This document shows, one piece after another, positions 8,935-20,354 of a DNA stretch of 22,170 nucleotides. The stretch spans positions 1 to 22,170 of the forward strand of contig CAZAPD010000009.1 in NCBI GenBank assembly GCA_964487115.1, in the 5' to 3' direction. The position numbers and the translations under genes were made by a program. How positions within the stretch are numbered: position 1 is the stretch's first letter; every line of letters starts with the position of its first letter. Source of the stretch: an uncultured Thermococci archaeon. GTDB lineage: Archaea > Methanobacteriota_B > Thermococci > Thermococcales > Thermococcaceae. The notes beneath the pieces were generated by a model. That model ran no database searches and was not told the origin of the DNA. It saw only the letters and a program-made list of their open reading frames with translations.

Positions 8935-10122
8935 ATGGAACTGCTCTATCTTATACTTTCATTTGCAGCTGTTATAACTCTCATCAGATTTAAAATTAAC
9001 ATCGGAGTTTCAATCTTCGCTGGTTCTGTTATACTTGGCATACTCTTTGGATTGAGACCATATGATCTGCTTGAATCCCTCTATATCTCGACAACTTCAT
9101 GGGAAACCATAAGGCTGATCCTCATCATCGCCTTTATAATGGCTCTGACTTCCGTTTTCTCTCAGATCGGATATCTTAAAGACATGGAAACCGCCATTAA
9201 GGAGCTGTTTCCAAGGGCAAAATATTCCCTTGCCATGCTTCCAGCTCTCATAGGTCTCATGCCAATGCCAGCCGGAGCCCTCGTCTCGGCCCCCATGATT
9301 GAGCAGGTGGCCAACAGGCTGAATTTAAAGCCTGAAGAGAAGACCCTCGTTAACTACTGGTTCAGGCATGTTTGGGAACATTCTTGGCCGATGTATCAGG
9401 CTATAATAATCACCTCCGCATTAACCGGGGTCAGCGTAAGAGAATTCAGCCTCAAGATGCTCCCTGTAACCATCCTCATGATTACAATCGGTTATCTTCT
9501 CATGATTAGACCCATAGAAGATTATGAGAAGGTGAGGGGAAACAGAAGGAAAGGAGCATTTCTGCTGATAAAGACTACATACCCAATTCTAATTATAATC
9601 CTCATCTCAGTTGTTCTGAGCTACGACATGGTTTACGGTGCTTTAATAGGCTTTTTATCTGCTCTCATTCCTAATTTCAGAAGGGTAAGCAAAAAGGAGG
9701 TTATAAAACACGGCCTCCAGCCTAAAATCGTTTTCCTTCTAATCGCCGTGATGTACTTCAAGTACCTTATTCAGACAACAGGAGCTGTTGAAACTCTTCC
9801 CAAAACAATTCTGGAGTTTAACCTGCCAGTGGTTTTCGTGATAGTGCTGACGCCTTTTATAGTCGGGCTGATGACAGGAATAAGCTTCGCCTATGTAGGC
9901 ATGACCTTCCCCCTGTTGCTACCATTCTTTACAGGTTTTGATAAAATAGCTCTCGCCTATCTGAGCGGCTACATGGGCATGCTCTTCAGCCCCGTTCATC
10001 TGTGCCTTGTTTTCTCAGCTGAATACTACAAAGCAGAATTGGGGAGAGTATACAGAAGGATGCTGCTCCCAGCCCTCATCCTATTCATTACAGGACTGTT
10101 ATATATCCTTCTGATACTCTGA
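8935..10122 (+). CDS. DUF401/TIGR00529-type multi-pass membrane protein, putative transporter
   Basis: Many TM segments and the motifs [28 protein letters not shown] and SPVHLC. Confidence 0.8.
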   Translation: MELLYLILSFAAVITLIRFKINIGVSIFAGSVILGILFGLRPYDLLESLYISTTSWETIRLILIIAFIMALTSVFSQIGYLKDMETAIKELFPRAKYSLAMLPALIGLMPMPAGALVSAPMIEQVANRLNLKPEEKTLVNYWFRHVWEHSWPMYQAIIITSALTGVSVREFSLKMLPVTILMITIGYLLMIRPIEDYEKVRGNRRKGAFLLIKTTYPILIIILISVVLSYDMVYGALIGFLSALIPNFRRVSKKEVIKHGLQPKIVFLLIAVMYFKYLIQTTGAVETLPKTILEFNLPVVFVIVLTPFIVGLMTGISFAYVGMTFPLLLPFFTGFDKIALAYLSGYMGMLFSPVHLCLVFSAEYYKAELGRVYRRMLLPALILFITGLLYILLIL

Positions 10123-10174
10123 TCCGCAAACCTTTATAATGTCCGTGAGGAGCTTTAACCAAGGTGATGAAGAT

Positions 10175-11077
10175 ATGAAGCTGATCGAGGAGATTTTAAA
10201 GCTGAAAGATGAGAAAAACGCGATAATCTTAGCTCACAACTACCAGCTTCCGGAAATTCAAGATATAGCTGATTTCCTTGGAGATAGCCTTGAGCTGGCG
10301 AGAAAGGCAGTGGATGTTGATGCTGATGTTATAGTCTTTGCAGGCGTTGACTTTATGGCCGAAACAGCAAAAATTCTGAATCCCACCAAAAAAGTACTCC
10401 TCCCAGCAAGAAGGGCAACGTGCGTGATGGCTAACATGCTGAAGGTTAAACATATCCTTGAAGCCAAAGAGAAGTATCCCGATGCTCCTGTCGTTCTCTA
10501 TGTAAATACAACCGCCGAAACCAAAGCCTACGCTGACGTGACAGTTACATCAGCAAATGCTGCCAAGATTGTGGAAAAGCTTGATGCTGATACGATAATT
10601 TTTGGCCCTGATAACAACTTAGCATATTATGTGGCAAAAAGAACCGGTAAAAAAATCATACCAATTCCAGAAGGCGGGCACTGCTATGTGCATACGAAGT
10701 TCAACGTTGAGGATGTTGAAAGAGCAAGGAAGCTTCATCCAAATGCAAAGCTTATGGTTCACCCCGAATGCAATCCCGAAGTGCAAGAAAGAGCGGATTT
10801 AATAGTCTCAACCGGTGGAATGGTTAGAAATGCGTGTCAGCACGACGAGTGGGTTGTCTTTACAGAGAAGGAGATGGTCTATAGACTGCAAAAGCTATAT
10901 CCCGACAAAAAGTTCTATCCTGCAAAAGAGGAGGCCTTCTGCATTGGAATGAAATCGATTACGCTAAAGCACATCTACGAGTCTCTTAGAGACGAAAAGT
11001 ATGAGATTAAAGTGCCCAAGAAAATTGCTGAAAAAGCTAAAAAAGCCATCGAAAGAATGCTGGAGATGAGCAAATAG
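10175..11077 (+). CDS. nadA: Quinolinate synthase
   Basis: [30 protein letters not shown], three cluster Cys (ATCVMA, GHCYVH, AFCIGMK), HPEC. Start at ATG 10175 behind an AGGTGA RBS. Own TATA (CTTTATAA, ~10132). Confidence 0.96.
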   Translation: MKLIEEILKLKDEKNAIILAHNYQLPEIQDIADFLGDSLELARKAVDVDADVIVFAGVDFMAETAKILNPTKKVLLPARRATCVMANMLKVKHILEAKEKYPDAPVVLYVNTTAETKAYADVTVTSANAAKIVEKLDADTIIFGPDNNLAYYVAKRTGKKIIPIPEGGHCYVHTKFNVEDVERARKLHPNAKLMVHPECNPEVQERADLIVSTGGMVRNACQHDEWVVFTEKEMVYRLQKLYPDKKFYPAKEEAFCIGMKSITLKHIYESLRDEKYEIKVPKKIAEKAKKAIERMLEMSK

Positions 11078-11138
11078 TTAAGTAGAGAGGGAAACTTTTC
11101 CATTTTCTTTACCCTTCAACCTATAAGGTGGTGATTAA

Positions 11139-11972
11139 ATGATTCCCCTCACATACCTTCTCCGCTTTCTGGAGGAAGATGCTCCTTTTGGTGATGTCAC
11201 GAGTGAAGCTGTTATTCCCAGAGATTTAGAAGCTGAAGCGGTGATTATAGCAAAACAAGATGGGATTATAGCGGGCTTGGAAGAGGCGAAAGCCCTTTTT
11301 GAGCACTTCGGCGTTAAAGTTGAACTTAAAGCTAAGGACGGCAATGAAGTGAAGAAAGGCGACGTTATCATTGAGCTCAGAGGAAATGCGAGAAAAATCC
11401 TCTTCGTGGAAAGGACAGCTCTCAACATCATGGGAAGGATGAGCGGCATAGCCACTCAAGTGAGAAGGCTTACGGAGAAGGTTAGAGCTATTAATCCGAA
11501 TGTGAAAGTTGCCGGAACGAGGAAGACGCTGTTAAAGCCCCTCGATAAGAAAGCCATCCTGCTCGGCGGCGGAGAAATGCACCGCTTTTCCTTGAGCGAT
11601 GCCATACTTATAAAAGACAATCATTTGGCATTAGTGCCGCTTGAAGAGGCAATTAAGCGTGCAAAGGCCTTCAGCCTCTATAAGGTTGTTGAGGTGGAGG
11701 TTGAGAGCCTGGAAGATGCCCTAAAGGCCGCTAATGCTGGTGCAGATGTGATAATGCTCGATAACATGACACCGGAGCAAATCGAAGAGGTTCTTGAAGC
11801 TTTAAAGCGTGAAGGCCTGCGCGAGAGAGTTAAAATCGAAGTAAGCGGCGGCATAACTGAGGAGAATATCCAAAACTATGCCAAGCTCGACATTGATGTT
11901 ATAAGCCTTGGAGCTTTAACGCACAGCGTGAAGAATTTCGATGTTAGCTTGGAGATAACCGGAAGGCTCTAA
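11139..11972 (+). CDS. nadC: Quinolinate phosphoribosyltransferase
   Basis: EDAPFGDVTS, ERTALN, GTRKT, HRFSLSDAILIKDNH, EVEVE, MLDN, SGGIT. Confidence 0.96.
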   Translation: MIPLTYLLRFLEEDAPFGDVTSEAVIPRDLEAEAVIIAKQDGIIAGLEEAKALFEHFGVKVELKAKDGNEVKKGDVIIELRGNARKILFVERTALNIMGRMSGIATQVRRLTEKVRAINPNVKVAGTRKTLLKPLDKKAILLGGGEMHRFSLSDAILIKDNHLALVPLEEAIKRAKAFSLYKVVEVEVESLEDALKAANAGADVIMLDNMTPEQIEEVLEALKREGLRERVKIEVSGGITEENIQNYAKLDIDVISLGALTHSVKNFDVSLEITGRL

Positions 11973-12072
11973 ATTCCCTTCTTAAATTTTTGTTGATTGT
12001 ACTCTATGACAAAGTTTATATTCAAGTTTTTCCTTGAATAAAATTGAAAGAATTAACTTGAAGGTGGTTGCC

Positions 12073-13080
12073 ATGAGGAAATTTGATATAATTGAGATAA
12101 AGGGAACTGAAAGATTGAAGCGCGGATTCGCCAAAATGGTTAAAGGTGGCGTTATAATGGATGTCACGAACGCAGAACAGGCAAGGATAGCGGAAGAAGC
12201 AGGAGCAGTTGCCGTTATGGCCCTTGAGAGAGTACCTGCAGATATAAGAAAAGCCGGTGGAGTTGCAAGAATGGCCGATCCAGAAAAAATTCAGGAAATA
12301 ATGGACGCTGTAACGATTCCTGTGATGGCGAAGATTAGAATAGGTCACTATGCCGAAGCTCTCGCTTTGGAGGCTTTGGGCGTTGATATGATAGACGAGA
12401 GCGAAGTTCTGACGCCTGCTGATCCATACTTCCATGTGGACAAAAGGAAGTTCAACGTTCCATTTGTCTGCGGCGCGAGGAACCTTGGAGAGGCTGTTAG
12501 GAGAATTTGGGAAGGGACTGCCATGATAAGAACAAAGGGTGAGGCAGGAACTGGGAATATTATTGAAGCTGTGAGGCACGTGCATCTGGTAAATGAGAAC
12601 ATAAGACTTATCCAGCGCATGACGGACGAGCAGATTTACGGCATAGCAGGAAAGTTTGCAGAGCCTTACCTGAAGCTGGCCAAGCAGGTAAGAGAAATAA
12701 GCGGTCTATCCATGGACATTCTCGAAAATGAACCTGTTTACGAGGGCTACACCTACAGCGATATTATTGAAGGCATCTACAAAGTTCTTCTCGATATAAA
12801 GGAACTCGGAAGACTGCCAGTGGTTAACTTTGCCGCTGGAGGGGTTGCCACCCCAGCAGATGCCGCTCTGATGATGCAGATGGGAATGGATGGAGTATTC
12901 GTTGGTAGCGGGATATTCAAGAGCTCCCAGCCAGAGAAAATGGCCAAGGCAATAGTTGAAGCTGTAAACCACTACGATGAGCCAGAGATCATAGCTGAGA
13001 TAAGCAAAAACCTCGGGGAACCCATGAGAGGCCTTGAGATAGAGAAGCTTGAGGTGCGCTTAGAGGAGAGAGGTGTATGA
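12073..13080 (+). CDS. pdxS: Pyridoxal 5'-phosphate synthase, lyase subunit
   Basis: [53 protein letters not shown]. Start at ATG 12073 behind AGGTGG. Confidence 0.97.
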   Translation: MRKFDIIEIKGTERLKRGFAKMVKGGVIMDVTNAEQARIAEEAGAVAVMALERVPADIRKAGGVARMADPEKIQEIMDAVTIPVMAKIRIGHYAEALALEALGVDMIDESEVLTPADPYFHVDKRKFNVPFVCGARNLGEAVRRIWEGTAMIRTKGEAGTGNIIEAVRHVHLVNENIRLIQRMTDEQIYGIAGKFAEPYLKLAKQVREISGLSMDILENEPVYEGYTYSDIIEGIYKVLLDIKELGRLPVVNFAAGGVATPADAALMMQMGMDGVFVGSGIFKSSQPEKMAKAIVEAVNHYDEPEIIAEISKNLGEPMRGLEIEKLEVRLEERGV

Positions 13081-13667
13081 GAGTCGGTGTTATTGGAGTC
13101 CAAGGAGCTGTAAGTGAGCATATTGAAGCCACCAAAAGAGCGATGGAGAAGCTCGGCTTTAGTGGGGATGTATTTTGGCTCAAAAAGCCGGAGCAGCTTG
13201 AGAACATTGATGCAATAATAATCCCTGGTGGAGAGAGTACAACAATTTCAAGGCTCATGGTGAAGAACGGTCTCTTTGAACCTGTTAAGAGACTCGGTGA
13301 AAATGGACTGCCCATAATGGGAACCTGTGCCGGCCTTATCATGCTCTCAAAGAATGTCATAGGGGCAACACCAGAGCAGAGGTTCCTTGAGCTTCTCGAT
13401 GTCAGAGTCAACAGAAATGCCTACGGCAGGCAGATTGATAGCTTTGAAGCTCCTGTTAAATTAGCTTTCAGTTCTGAACCATTCCCCGGGGTTTTTATTC
13501 GCGCTCCGAGGATAGCTGAATTCTTAAGTGATAGAATAAGGCCCATTGCCTGGCTTGGGGACAGGGTTGTTGGAGTTGAACAGGCCAGTATAATCGGTTT
13601 GGAGTTCCATCCAGAGCTAACCACAGACACGAGAGTTCATGAATACTTCATAGAAAAAGCCCTGTAA
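13077..13667 (+). CDS. pdxT: Pyridoxal 5'-phosphate synthase, glutaminase subunit
   Basis: PGGESTT, GTCAGLI, RNAYGRQ, FIRAP, FHPEL. 4-bp ATGA overlap with pdxS. Confidence 0.97.
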   Translation: MRVGVIGVQGAVSEHIEATKRAMEKLGFSGDVFWLKKPEQLENIDAIIIPGGESTTISRLMVKNGLFEPVKRLGENGLPIMGTCAGLIMLSKNVIGATPEQRFLELLDVRVNRNAYGRQIDSFEAPVKLAFSSEPFPGVFIRAPRIAEFLSDRIRPIAWLGDRVVGVEQASIIGLEFHPELTTDTRVHEYFIEKAL

Positions 13668-13741
13668 TTTGAACATTTTTTCATTAATTTTTTGTCAGAA
13701 ATCTTTTTATTTTTGCCACTTAGCTGTCTATTGGTGGTGGT

Positions 13742-15763
13742 GTGAGCGAACTAAAGACAGTGGTGTGCCCCTACTGCGGCTTTGGCTGTAAACTTCTCGT
13801 TAACCCTCAGACAATGAAGATCAAACCCCATAGAGGAGAGCCAAACAGAGGGAAGCTCTGTCCTAAGGGACTTCATGCAACTGAGTTTGTTCTTTCAGAA
13901 GACAGACTCAAAAGACCAGTTAAGAGAGTAAGGAACCGAGTGATAGCTGTGAGCTGGGGTCAGGCAATTGATGAGATAGCGGGAAAGCTCCTCGAAGTCC
14001 GTGAGCTCTATGGAGCAGATGCCGTTGCCTTCATAGCCTCCTCCAAGGTAAGCAACGAGGAGAATTACCTCCTTCAGAAGATAGCAAGGCTTTTCGGAAC
14101 GAACAACATAGACAACTGCGCCCGTCTCTGCCATGAAGCGAGCGTTCATGCCCTCAAAATGGCGGTTGGAGCAGGAACACAGACGAATCCATATGGAGAT
14201 CTGGAGCACGTTGGGGCAATACTTATATGGGGCTACAACCCGGCCGAAACACACCCCGTTGTCATGGATTACATAAACAGAGCAAAGAAGAGAGGAACAA
14301 AAGTTATCGTCGTTGATGTTAGAGAGACGACCACAATGGCATTTGCAGATTACAGGCTAATAATAAGGCCCGGAACCGACGTAACCTTGGCCAACTCCCT
14401 CATGCATGTCATCATCAAGGAGGAGCTCTATGACGAGGAATTCGTAAAAGTTAGAACAACTGGTTTCTCAGAGATAAAAATGGCTGTAAGAAAGTACACG
14501 CCAGAATATGCTGAGAAGATTACGGGAATCCCCGCGAACACTGTGAGGGAGGTCGCGAGAGAGTTTGCCTTAGCAGGAAGTGGAGCTGTAATGTGGGGGA
14601 TGGGCCTGACACAACATGTTTCGGGTGTTGAAAATGTTTTGGCCGTCATAGACCTCGCTTTGCTCCTCGGGTACATGGGCGAACGCGGCGGTCTGTATCC
14701 CATGCGCGGCCAGAACAACGTTCAAGGTGCTGCATACATGGGGGCATTAAGCGAATTCCTGCCCGGTTATGTCCCCCTGACGGATGATCGGTTCAGGAAG
14801 CGTGTAGCTTCACTCTGGGGTGTTGATGAGTTGCCTACAGAGCGCGGCCTCTATCTCACAGAGCTGTGGGATGCCATAGAAAGTGGAGATGTTAGAGCCC
14901 TGTATATAGTTGGCGAAAATCCTGCAGTGAGCGAGGCCAACTTCACTCGCGTCAGGAATGCCCTCAAAAAGCTTGACCTTCTTGTTGTTCAGGACATCTT
15001 TATGACACGCACAGCGAGGTATGCTCACTACATCTTACCGGCGAGTACCTTCTGCGAGAAGAGTGGTAGCTACATGAACAGTGAGAGGAGAATCCAGTGG
15101 AGTCATAAGGTCTGCGAGCCCTACGCCGATTCAAAACCAGACTGGGAAATATTGACGATGCTTGGAAAGGCTCTTGGCCTCTCGGGCTTTAGTTACGGGA
15201 ATGTTGATGAGATAACCGCTGAATATTTCCGCCTCTTCCCTGAGCTTGAGGATAGAAGCGTTGAGGAACTAAAAAATGGAGAAGGTATATTCCTCCCAAA
15301 GAAAAGGCTACATACATGGGGATTTGCAACTTCTGATGGCAGGGCACGGCTAATAGCCGTTGAACAGATTTCTCCCTGGGAGAAAGCAGATTCCGAATAT
15401 CCTTTCGTCTTGATCACAATACGGCTGATAAGTCACTACAACACCGGGGAGATGACGTTGAGAAGTCCCTCACTTGTAAAGCTGATGGGTGAGCCAAACG
15501 CTCTGATAAGTCTGGAAGATGCAAAAAAGCTTGGTATAAACAGCGGTGACTCCATAGAGATAGAGACAAGACGTGGAAAGATAAGAATGCGTGCAAAGAT
15601 CGGAAAAATACCCCAAGGAGTTGTTGCGGTTCCATTTCACTTCAAGGCCAACAGACTAACAAGCGATGCCCTCAACAAAGCAGGAACCCCTGAGTTCAAG
15701 TTCTCAGCGGCAAGAATAAAGAAGCTCAGAAACGGAAAGCCCACTCTGGATATTCACCCGTGA
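13742..15763 (+). CDS. fdhA: Formate dehydrogenase alpha-like Mo/W-bisPGD oxidoreductase (Cys ligand), stand-alone
   Basis: CPYCGFGC...LCPKG 4Fe-4S motif, active-site [19 protein letters not shown], and a C-terminal dinucleotide-binding domain ending PEFKFSAA. Confidence 0.88.
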   Translation: MSELKTVVCPYCGFGCKLLVNPQTMKIKPHRGEPNRGKLCPKGLHATEFVLSEDRLKRPVKRVRNRVIAVSWGQAIDEIAGKLLEVRELYGADAVAFIASSKVSNEENYLLQKIARLFGTNNIDNCARLCHEASVHALKMAVGAGTQTNPYGDLEHVGAILIWGYNPAETHPVVMDYINRAKKRGTKVIVVDVRETTTMAFADYRLIIRPGTDVTLANSLMHVIIKEELYDEEFVKVRTTGFSEIKMAVRKYTPEYAEKITGIPANTVREVAREFALAGSGAVMWGMGLTQHVSGVENVLAVIDLALLLGYMGERGGLYPMRGQNNVQGAAYMGALSEFLPGYVPLTDDRFRKRVASLWGVDELPTERGLYLTELWDAIESGDVRALYIVGENPAVSEANFTRVRNALKKLDLLVVQDIFMTRTARYAHYILPASTFCEKSGSYMNSERRIQWSHKVCEPYADSKPDWEILTMLGKALGLSGFSYGNVDEITAEYFRLFPELEDRSVEELKNGEGIFLPKKRLHTWGFATSDGRARLIAVEQISPWEKADSEYPFVLITIRLISHYNTGEMTLRSPSLVKLMGEPNALISLEDAKKLGINSGDSIEIETRRGKIRMRAKIGKIPQGVVAVPFHFKANRLTSDALNKAGTPEFKFSAARIKKLRNGKPTLDIHP

Positions 15764-17063
15764 GACAGGCAATGCACAGTTCGTTTATACCAACAGCCCG
15801 TTTCAGGCCTTCAACACTTAGATAATGAAGAGAGTCCGCCCCAATACTCTTTCTTATCTCCTCAACGCTTTTCCATGCTGCTATAAGCTCATGTCTCGTT
15901 GGTATATCAATTCCCATATAACACGGATATTTGATGGGAGGTGATGCTATTCTGACGTGCACTTCCTTAGCTCCAGCTCCTTTTAGGAGGGAAACTATCC
16001 TACGCATTGTCGTTCCCCTGACAATCGAGTCGTCAACAAGAGTTACCCTTCTGTCAGAGATCACGTCTCTGACCGGCGAAAGCTTGAGCCTGACCTTCAA
16101 CTCCCTGTAAAACTGCCCGGGCATGATAAACGTTCTCCCTATGTAGCGGTTTTTTATAAGCCCCTCCTCGTAGGGGACTCCACTCTCATGGGAGTAGCCA
16201 ATGGCAGCTGCCCTACCCGAATCAGGAACTGCTATAACAACATCACCTTTAAAATCATCCTCCCTCGCAAGCTCCACACCCATCCTGTATCTGGCCCGAT
16301 AGACATTTACTCCATTAAGCGTGCTGTCCGGTCGGGCGAAATATATGTACTCAAAGACACAGTGAGCTCTTTTTTCCCTTGCCAGAACTTTGCTTTCAAC
16401 ATCCTCATCCACCAGAAAAACCTCACCGGGCCTAACATCTCGGATTTTAAGATTAAACATCCTCAGCGCAGAGTCTTCAGAGGCAAAATAATAACCATCA
16501 CCAAGGCCATAACTCAGGGGTCTGAAACCAACCGGGTCCCTGGCAATAATTATCTTACCTTCGAAGAGAAAAGCAACTGAATATGCCCCTCTAACCTCGG
16601 TAAATACATTTTTCATAGCCTCAAACTCATCACCGGTTTCTTTGAGATGCCAGAGAAAAGAAATCCCCAAGAGCTCGCTATCAATTGAATGGCTGAATTT
16701 AATTCCAATATCCTTTTTTTCGTATTCTCTTCTCAGAGGAAGGAAATTAGTGAGAGTTCCGTTATGGGCTATTGCTATATGCTTCCCACAGCATGAAGCC
16801 TCCAAGGGCTGTGCTTCATTCAGTGCACCTGATGTCGAATATCTTACATGCCCAATTGCAAGATTACTCCTTAGTTGTCCTAATCTGCGTCTTTTAAACA
16901 CCTCTGAAACTAATCCAAGCCCTTTAATTGTTTTAACCTTGTTTCTCCATATGCTTATGCCAGCACTCTCCTGTCCTCTATGCTGAAGGGCTATTAGAGC
17001 GTAGTATGTCTTCCTCCCGGCATTTTCAGTCTTTGCTGCAAATATGCCACACTTTTCCCTCAT
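15726..17063 (-). CDS. purF: Amidophosphoribosyltransferase
   Basis: MREK-CGIF Ntn propeptide and nucleophile, [44 protein letters not shown]. Confidence 0.98.
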   Translation of the reverse strand: MREKCGIFAAKTENAGRKTYYALIALQHRGQESAGISIWRNKVKTIKGLGLVSEVFKRRRLGQLRSNLAIGHVRYSTSGALNEAQPLEASCCGKHIAIAHNGTLTNFLPLRREYEKKDIGIKFSHSIDSELLGISFLWHLKETGDEFEAMKNVFTEVRGAYSVAFLFEGKIIIARDPVGFRPLSYGLGDGYYFASEDSALRMFNLKIRDVRPGEVFLVDEDVESKVLAREKRAHCVFEYIYFARPDSTLNGVNVYRARYRMGVELAREDDFKGDVVIAVPDSGRAAAIGYSHESGVPYEEGLIKNRYIGRTFIMPGQFYRELKVRLKLSPVRDVISDRRVTLVDDSIVRGTTMRRIVSLLKGAGAKEVHVRIASPPIKYPCYMGIDIPTRHELIAAWKSVEEIRKSIGADSLHYLSVEGLKRAVGINELCIACLTGEYPEWAFRF

Positions 17064-17075
17064 GTAATCACCGGC

Positions 17076-17093
17076 GTAACATATTAGTGTAAA
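17076..17093. promoter_or_regulatory. Pur box (degenerate) in the purF leader
   Basis: GTAACAT-ATTA-GTGTAAA next to the purF RBS (TCACC, 17068-17072). Confidence 0.55.
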
Positions 17094-17152
17094 TGAGAGT
17101 TACACTTCCCGTGGAAGATTGCAAATTTGTGCTTAAAAGCTTTGCTCCTTTA

Positions 17153-17213
17153 TTGACAAGTTTATGTTAAGAAAAGCCTTATAAATAATGAACTTTTAAC
17201 ATTTTTATGGTGA
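17153..17213 (+). promoter_or_regulatory. purC promoter: pur box, BRE/TATA, pur box
   Basis: TTGACAA-GTTT-ATGTTAA (17153-17170), GAAAAG + CTTATAAA (17178-17185), TTAACAT-TTTT-ATGGTGA (17196-17213). Boxes are 43 bp apart. Confidence 0.75.
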
Positions 17214-17218
17214 AAGCC

Positions 17219-17926
17219 ATGGAAATTTACGAGGGAAAAGCTAAGAAAGTTATCCCGCTTGATGATGGAAAGATCATCATGGAGTTTAAAGACGATGCAA
17301 CTGCATTTAACGGCGAAAAAAAAGCCCAGTTCAAGGGAAAAGGATGGTTAAATGCACATATCTCAGCAAAGCTCTTTAAAGTCCTTGAAGAGAAAGGAAT
17401 TAAAACCCACTTTATCGGCACTGCTGGTGACAACAAACTCATAGTCGAGAGACTCGATATGTATCCCCTTGAGGTTGTTGTCAGGAATGTAGTTGCAGGA
17501 AGTCTAAAGAACCGTCTTCCATTAGAAGAAGGAACTGAACTGGATAATCCAATAGTGGAGTTATATTACAAAAATGATGAAATGGGAGATCCAATGATAA
17601 ACCATTACCATGCCAAAGCCCTTGGCATCAGAGAAGAAGAACTCAGGGAGATTGAGAATATAGCGCTCAGAGTTAATGAAATCCTAAAGGAATATTTTGA
17701 GAAAAAAGGCATCATACTTGTCGACTTTAAACTTGAGTTCGGAAAGAACAGAAGAGGTGAAATAATTCTTGCGGACGAGATAAGCCCAGACACATGCCGC
17801 TTCTGGGATGCAAAAACAAAGAAAAGCCTCGATAAAGATGTCTTCAGATTTAACAAGGGAGATTTAATAGATGCCTACGAGGAACTTTACAGGAGACTTA
17901 CAGGAGAAACACCAAAGTATGTATAA
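17219..17926 (+). CDS. purC: SAICAR synthetase
   Basis: YEGKAK, FKDDATAFNG, PLEVVVRN, LVDFKLEFG, LADEISPDTCRFWD, LDKDVFR. Start at ATG 17219 behind GGTGA. Confidence 0.97.
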   Translation: MEIYEGKAKKVIPLDDGKIIMEFKDDATAFNGEKKAQFKGKGWLNAHISAKLFKVLEEKGIKTHFIGTAGDNKLIVERLDMYPLEVVVRNVVAGSLKNRLPLEEGTELDNPIVELYYKNDEMGDPMINHYHAKALGIREEELREIENIALRVNEILKEYFEKKGIILVDFKLEFGKNRRGEIILADEISPDTCRFWDAKTKKSLDKDVFRFNKGDLIDAYEELYRRLTGETPKYV

Positions 17927-18025
17927 TAAAAATTACGGCAGCTCTTTTCACCTTCATTTTTATCCTCTCCAACAATCCTTTGTTACCTTCGAATCCTCAG
18001 TGAGGGTTTCCTCTGGCCATAATAT

Positions 18026-19105
18026 TCATGTTTCAACATTAAGAATCCTCTTAAGCATGCTAAGTTCCCGTCCATCCCAAGCACTCTCCTCAAGCACGAT
18101 GATTATAGTGCCTTTATAGAAGGTTACATAATCCTTAAGGCTACTGAGGAATTTGGCAATAGAGCGGAACTCATTGTATGTTCGCAGATATTCCAGACAG
18201 TTAAGAAGTATAACCCCCTGAGCCCCTATTCGCTCAGCTTCCATAAGATATCTATGGGAAAGCTCAACGATCTTCTCCAGCTCGGTAGGAGATATCTTAC
18301 GAGGAGCTGTAACACTACTGACAAAATATGCCTCCCAGCTTTTGGGAACATCAAGTATTTCTCTGAGAAACGCAAGAATAGGAGATCCTCCAAGGTGTTT
18401 CTTGAGCTCCTGATACTCTCTTGGACTAACAATTACAACATGAGGTTTGAACTCCACTTTGAACGGCATGCTACTGAGCTTCTTGAACTTCTCTGAGGAT
18501 ATTATGTTGAGGAGCAGGGCAACTTCAATAAGCGTGAAAAGAGCTCCCAAGATGAAGCCTATTGGGGCAAACCATAAAACCGGCCTGAGGAAGGGATAGT
18601 CCATTTTGTGTATGCCATAGAGCATGAAAACAGTAGCAAGATACATGCCCCTTTTAGAGTATATGTCTCTGATTCCAATCAACATCGCGCCTGTGAAGAA
18701 ATAGAAAAATCCTGCAATTCCATAGACAAGGGCAAGTTCATCAGATGTTATCTCACCTTCTCCTCTCAGTGCATAATAAACTAAAACATAAACAGTGAGC
18801 ACCAGAGGTGCCAGAGCAGCAATATCCTTAACATAAGGAGGAGAGAAGTCTATATCTTCCTCCTCAAGGAACATAGAAGCACCATAGAACAGCAAGGATA
18901 CTGCAAGTGCCTGAGATATTGCAAGTCCGTAGTGTCTCTCAAGAGTATCAAAGAGTATGGAAACAGCATCAACGAAAAATGCTGCCGACCAGAACAATGC
19001 TGACTTCCTCATGTGCTTCAGATATGCTCGAAATAGAAAACCAGAAGCAACGAGCTTCAGTACCGTGCTAAATCCCTGTCCTATAATTAACATCTCCTGA
19101 TTCAC
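18026..19105 (-). CDS. DUF835-type membrane protein (about 7 TM segments plus a C-terminal DUF835 domain)
   Basis: Hydrophobic N-terminal region with the HKMDYPFLR motif. The C-terminus (ISPTELEKI, VILLNCLEYLRTYNEFRSIAKFLSSLKDY) is typical of DUF835. Confidence 0.8.
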   Translation of the reverse strand: MNQEMLIIGQGFSTVLKLVASGFLFRAYLKHMRKSALFWSAAFFVDAVSILFDTLERHYGLAISQALAVSLLFYGASMFLEEEDIDFSPPYVKDIAALAPLVLTVYVLVYYALRGEGEITSDELALVYGIAGFFYFFTGAMLIGIRDIYSKRGMYLATVFMLYGIHKMDYPFLRPVLWFAPIGFILGALFTLIEVALLLNIISSEKFKKLSSMPFKVEFKPHVVIVSPREYQELKKHLGGSPILAFLREILDVPKSWEAYFVSSVTAPRKISPTELEKIVELSHRYLMEAERIGAQGVILLNCLEYLRTYNEFRSIAKFLSSLKDYVTFYKGTIIIVLEESAWDGRELSMLKRILNVET

Positions 19106-19159
19106 ATTATTCCCCCAAGTAGATATTCTCTGTTATCAAGATATTAAAATTTATTTCTC

Positions 19160-20170
19160 TTAATCCAACAGTCTCAGTCCGTAATTTTTCACCTGTATCT
19201 CAGGCTTCTCAATAACCTTCCCAATCTCAAAAGCCGAATAATATCTGTTCAAAATGTCGAGTGCTCCTTCCTTCTCCTCTGCCGGAACTATAATCACCAT
19301 CCCAACCCCCATATTAAAAACCCGAAACATTTCTTCAAGAGAAACACCATTCTCGTGAATTAGCTTAAATATACCTCCAATAGGTGGCATCTCCAACCTG
19401 AAGCCATATTCCGTGAGGCGTTTGAGATTGAGCAATCCACCCCCTGTTATATGGGCCAGTCCCCTTACCTCAACGCTCTCCAAAAGCTCCAAAATTGGCT
19501 TTACGTAAATTCTCGTAGGTTCAAGCAGGTGCTCCCAGAGCTCCCTCCCCCCATATTCATAACGAAGACCATACTTTGGAATCAGAAGCTTCCGAGCTAA
19601 AGTCAGCCCGTTTGAGTGTATTCCAGAGCTTTCAATGCCTATTACCGCATCTCCCGGTTTTATTTTCCTCCCTGTTATTACCTTCTCTTTCTCAACAACA
19701 CCAATGGCAGTTCCTGCAAGGTCGAAGCCATTCACAAGCTCCGGGAGAACAGCTGTTTCTCCCCCAACAATAGCTATACCGCTTTGCTTTGCTCCCTCAT
19801 AAAGACCTTTTGCTATTTCGGCAAAAACCTCATCGTTGGGCTCTTTCACCGCTAAATAATCCACTAAAGCGACTGGCTCGGCTCCAACGCAAATTAGGTC
19901 GTTAACGTTCATCGCTATCATATCAATACCTATGGTGTCGTACTTTCCAACAGCTTCAGCCACAAGGATTTTCGTGCCCACTCCATCGGTCGTCATCGCG
20001 AGGTAGAATTCCTTGAAGTCCATCAACGCGGCGTAATGACCTATGTCCTCTTTAGGCTCACCGAGCCTTCCTTTTCTAAACTCAAAAGACGCTTTTGCAA
20101 GGGAGATTATTCCCTTCAGGGCTTTCTGGGTTTTTTCATCATCAACACCAGCTTGAGCGTAAGTGAGCAT
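19160..20170 (-). CDS. purM: AIR synthetase (phosphoribosylformylglycinamidine cyclo-ligase)
   Basis: [51 protein letters not shown]. Start at ATG 20170 behind a GGTGA RBS. Confidence 0.97.
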   Translation of the reverse strand: MLTYAQAGVDDEKTQKALKGIISLAKASFEFRKGRLGEPKEDIGHYAALMDFKEFYLAMTTDGVGTKILVAEAVGKYDTIGIDMIAMNVNDLICVGAEPVALVDYLAVKEPNDEVFAEIAKGLYEGAKQSGIAIVGGETAVLPELVNGFDLAGTAIGVVEKEKVITGRKIKPGDAVIGIESSGIHSNGLTLARKLLIPKYGLRYEYGGRELWEHLLEPTRIYVKPILELLESVEVRGLAHITGGGLLNLKRLTEYGFRLEMPPIGGIFKLIHENGVSLEEMFRVFNMGVGMVIIVPAEEKEGALDILNRYYSAFEIGKVIEKPEIQVKNYGLRLLD

Positions 20171-20209
20171 GAACATCACCAAAGTGGAATCGCAGTAAGA
20201 CTTTAAAAA

Positions 20210-20233
20210 TTTTATCATTTTTATGTTTAAAAA
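20210..20233 (+). repeat. 24-bp direct repeat, copy 1 (TTTTATCATTTTTATGTTTAAAAA)
   Basis: Identical to 21903-21926. The two copies flank the dikinase-like gene. Confidence 0.85.
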
Positions 20234-20272
20234 AGGTTTAAAATTATGACATATTAAACATTATTATGTTAA
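20212..20272 (+). promoter_or_regulatory. Pur box, TATA, pur box promoter facing the dikinase gene (first box also abuts the purM promoter)
   Basis: TTATCAT-TTTT-ATGTTTA (20212-20229), AAAAAG + GTTTAAAA (~20236-20243), TAAACAT-TATT-ATGTTAA (20255-20272), 43-bp spacing. The purM TATA is on the minus strand at ~20201-20209. Confidence 0.75.
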
Positions 20273-20327
20273 AAACATCCCCCCAGACAGCTACACTAAA
20301 CTTATAATCCCCAATTGACCGCATCTG

Positions 20328-20354
20328 CATGAGACATGCGGGGTATGTCTCGTG
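20328..20354 (+). other. 12-bp stem-loop in the leader of the dikinase gene
   Basis: CATGAGACATGC-GGG-GTATGTCTCGTG: 10 Watson-Crick pairs plus 2 G-U pairs on the plus strand. Confidence 0.45.

Noticed and set aside
10164..10184. GTGATGA...CTGA resembling C and D' boxes at the nadA start
   Set aside because: Explained by the RBS and first codons. No C'/D pair follows at the right spacing.
12640..12790. Extra segment in PdxS relative to bacterial enzymes
   Set aside because: It matches the known Thermococcales-type PdxS insertion and has no intein motifs.
14110..14140. Selenocysteine recoding in FdhA
   Set aside because: The active site is encoded as Cys (CARLCH) and there is no in-frame TGA.
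17992..18008. Short dyad CCTCA-G-TGAGG between convergent purC and DUF835 genes
   Set aside because: Too short, single copy, and not in a promoter region.
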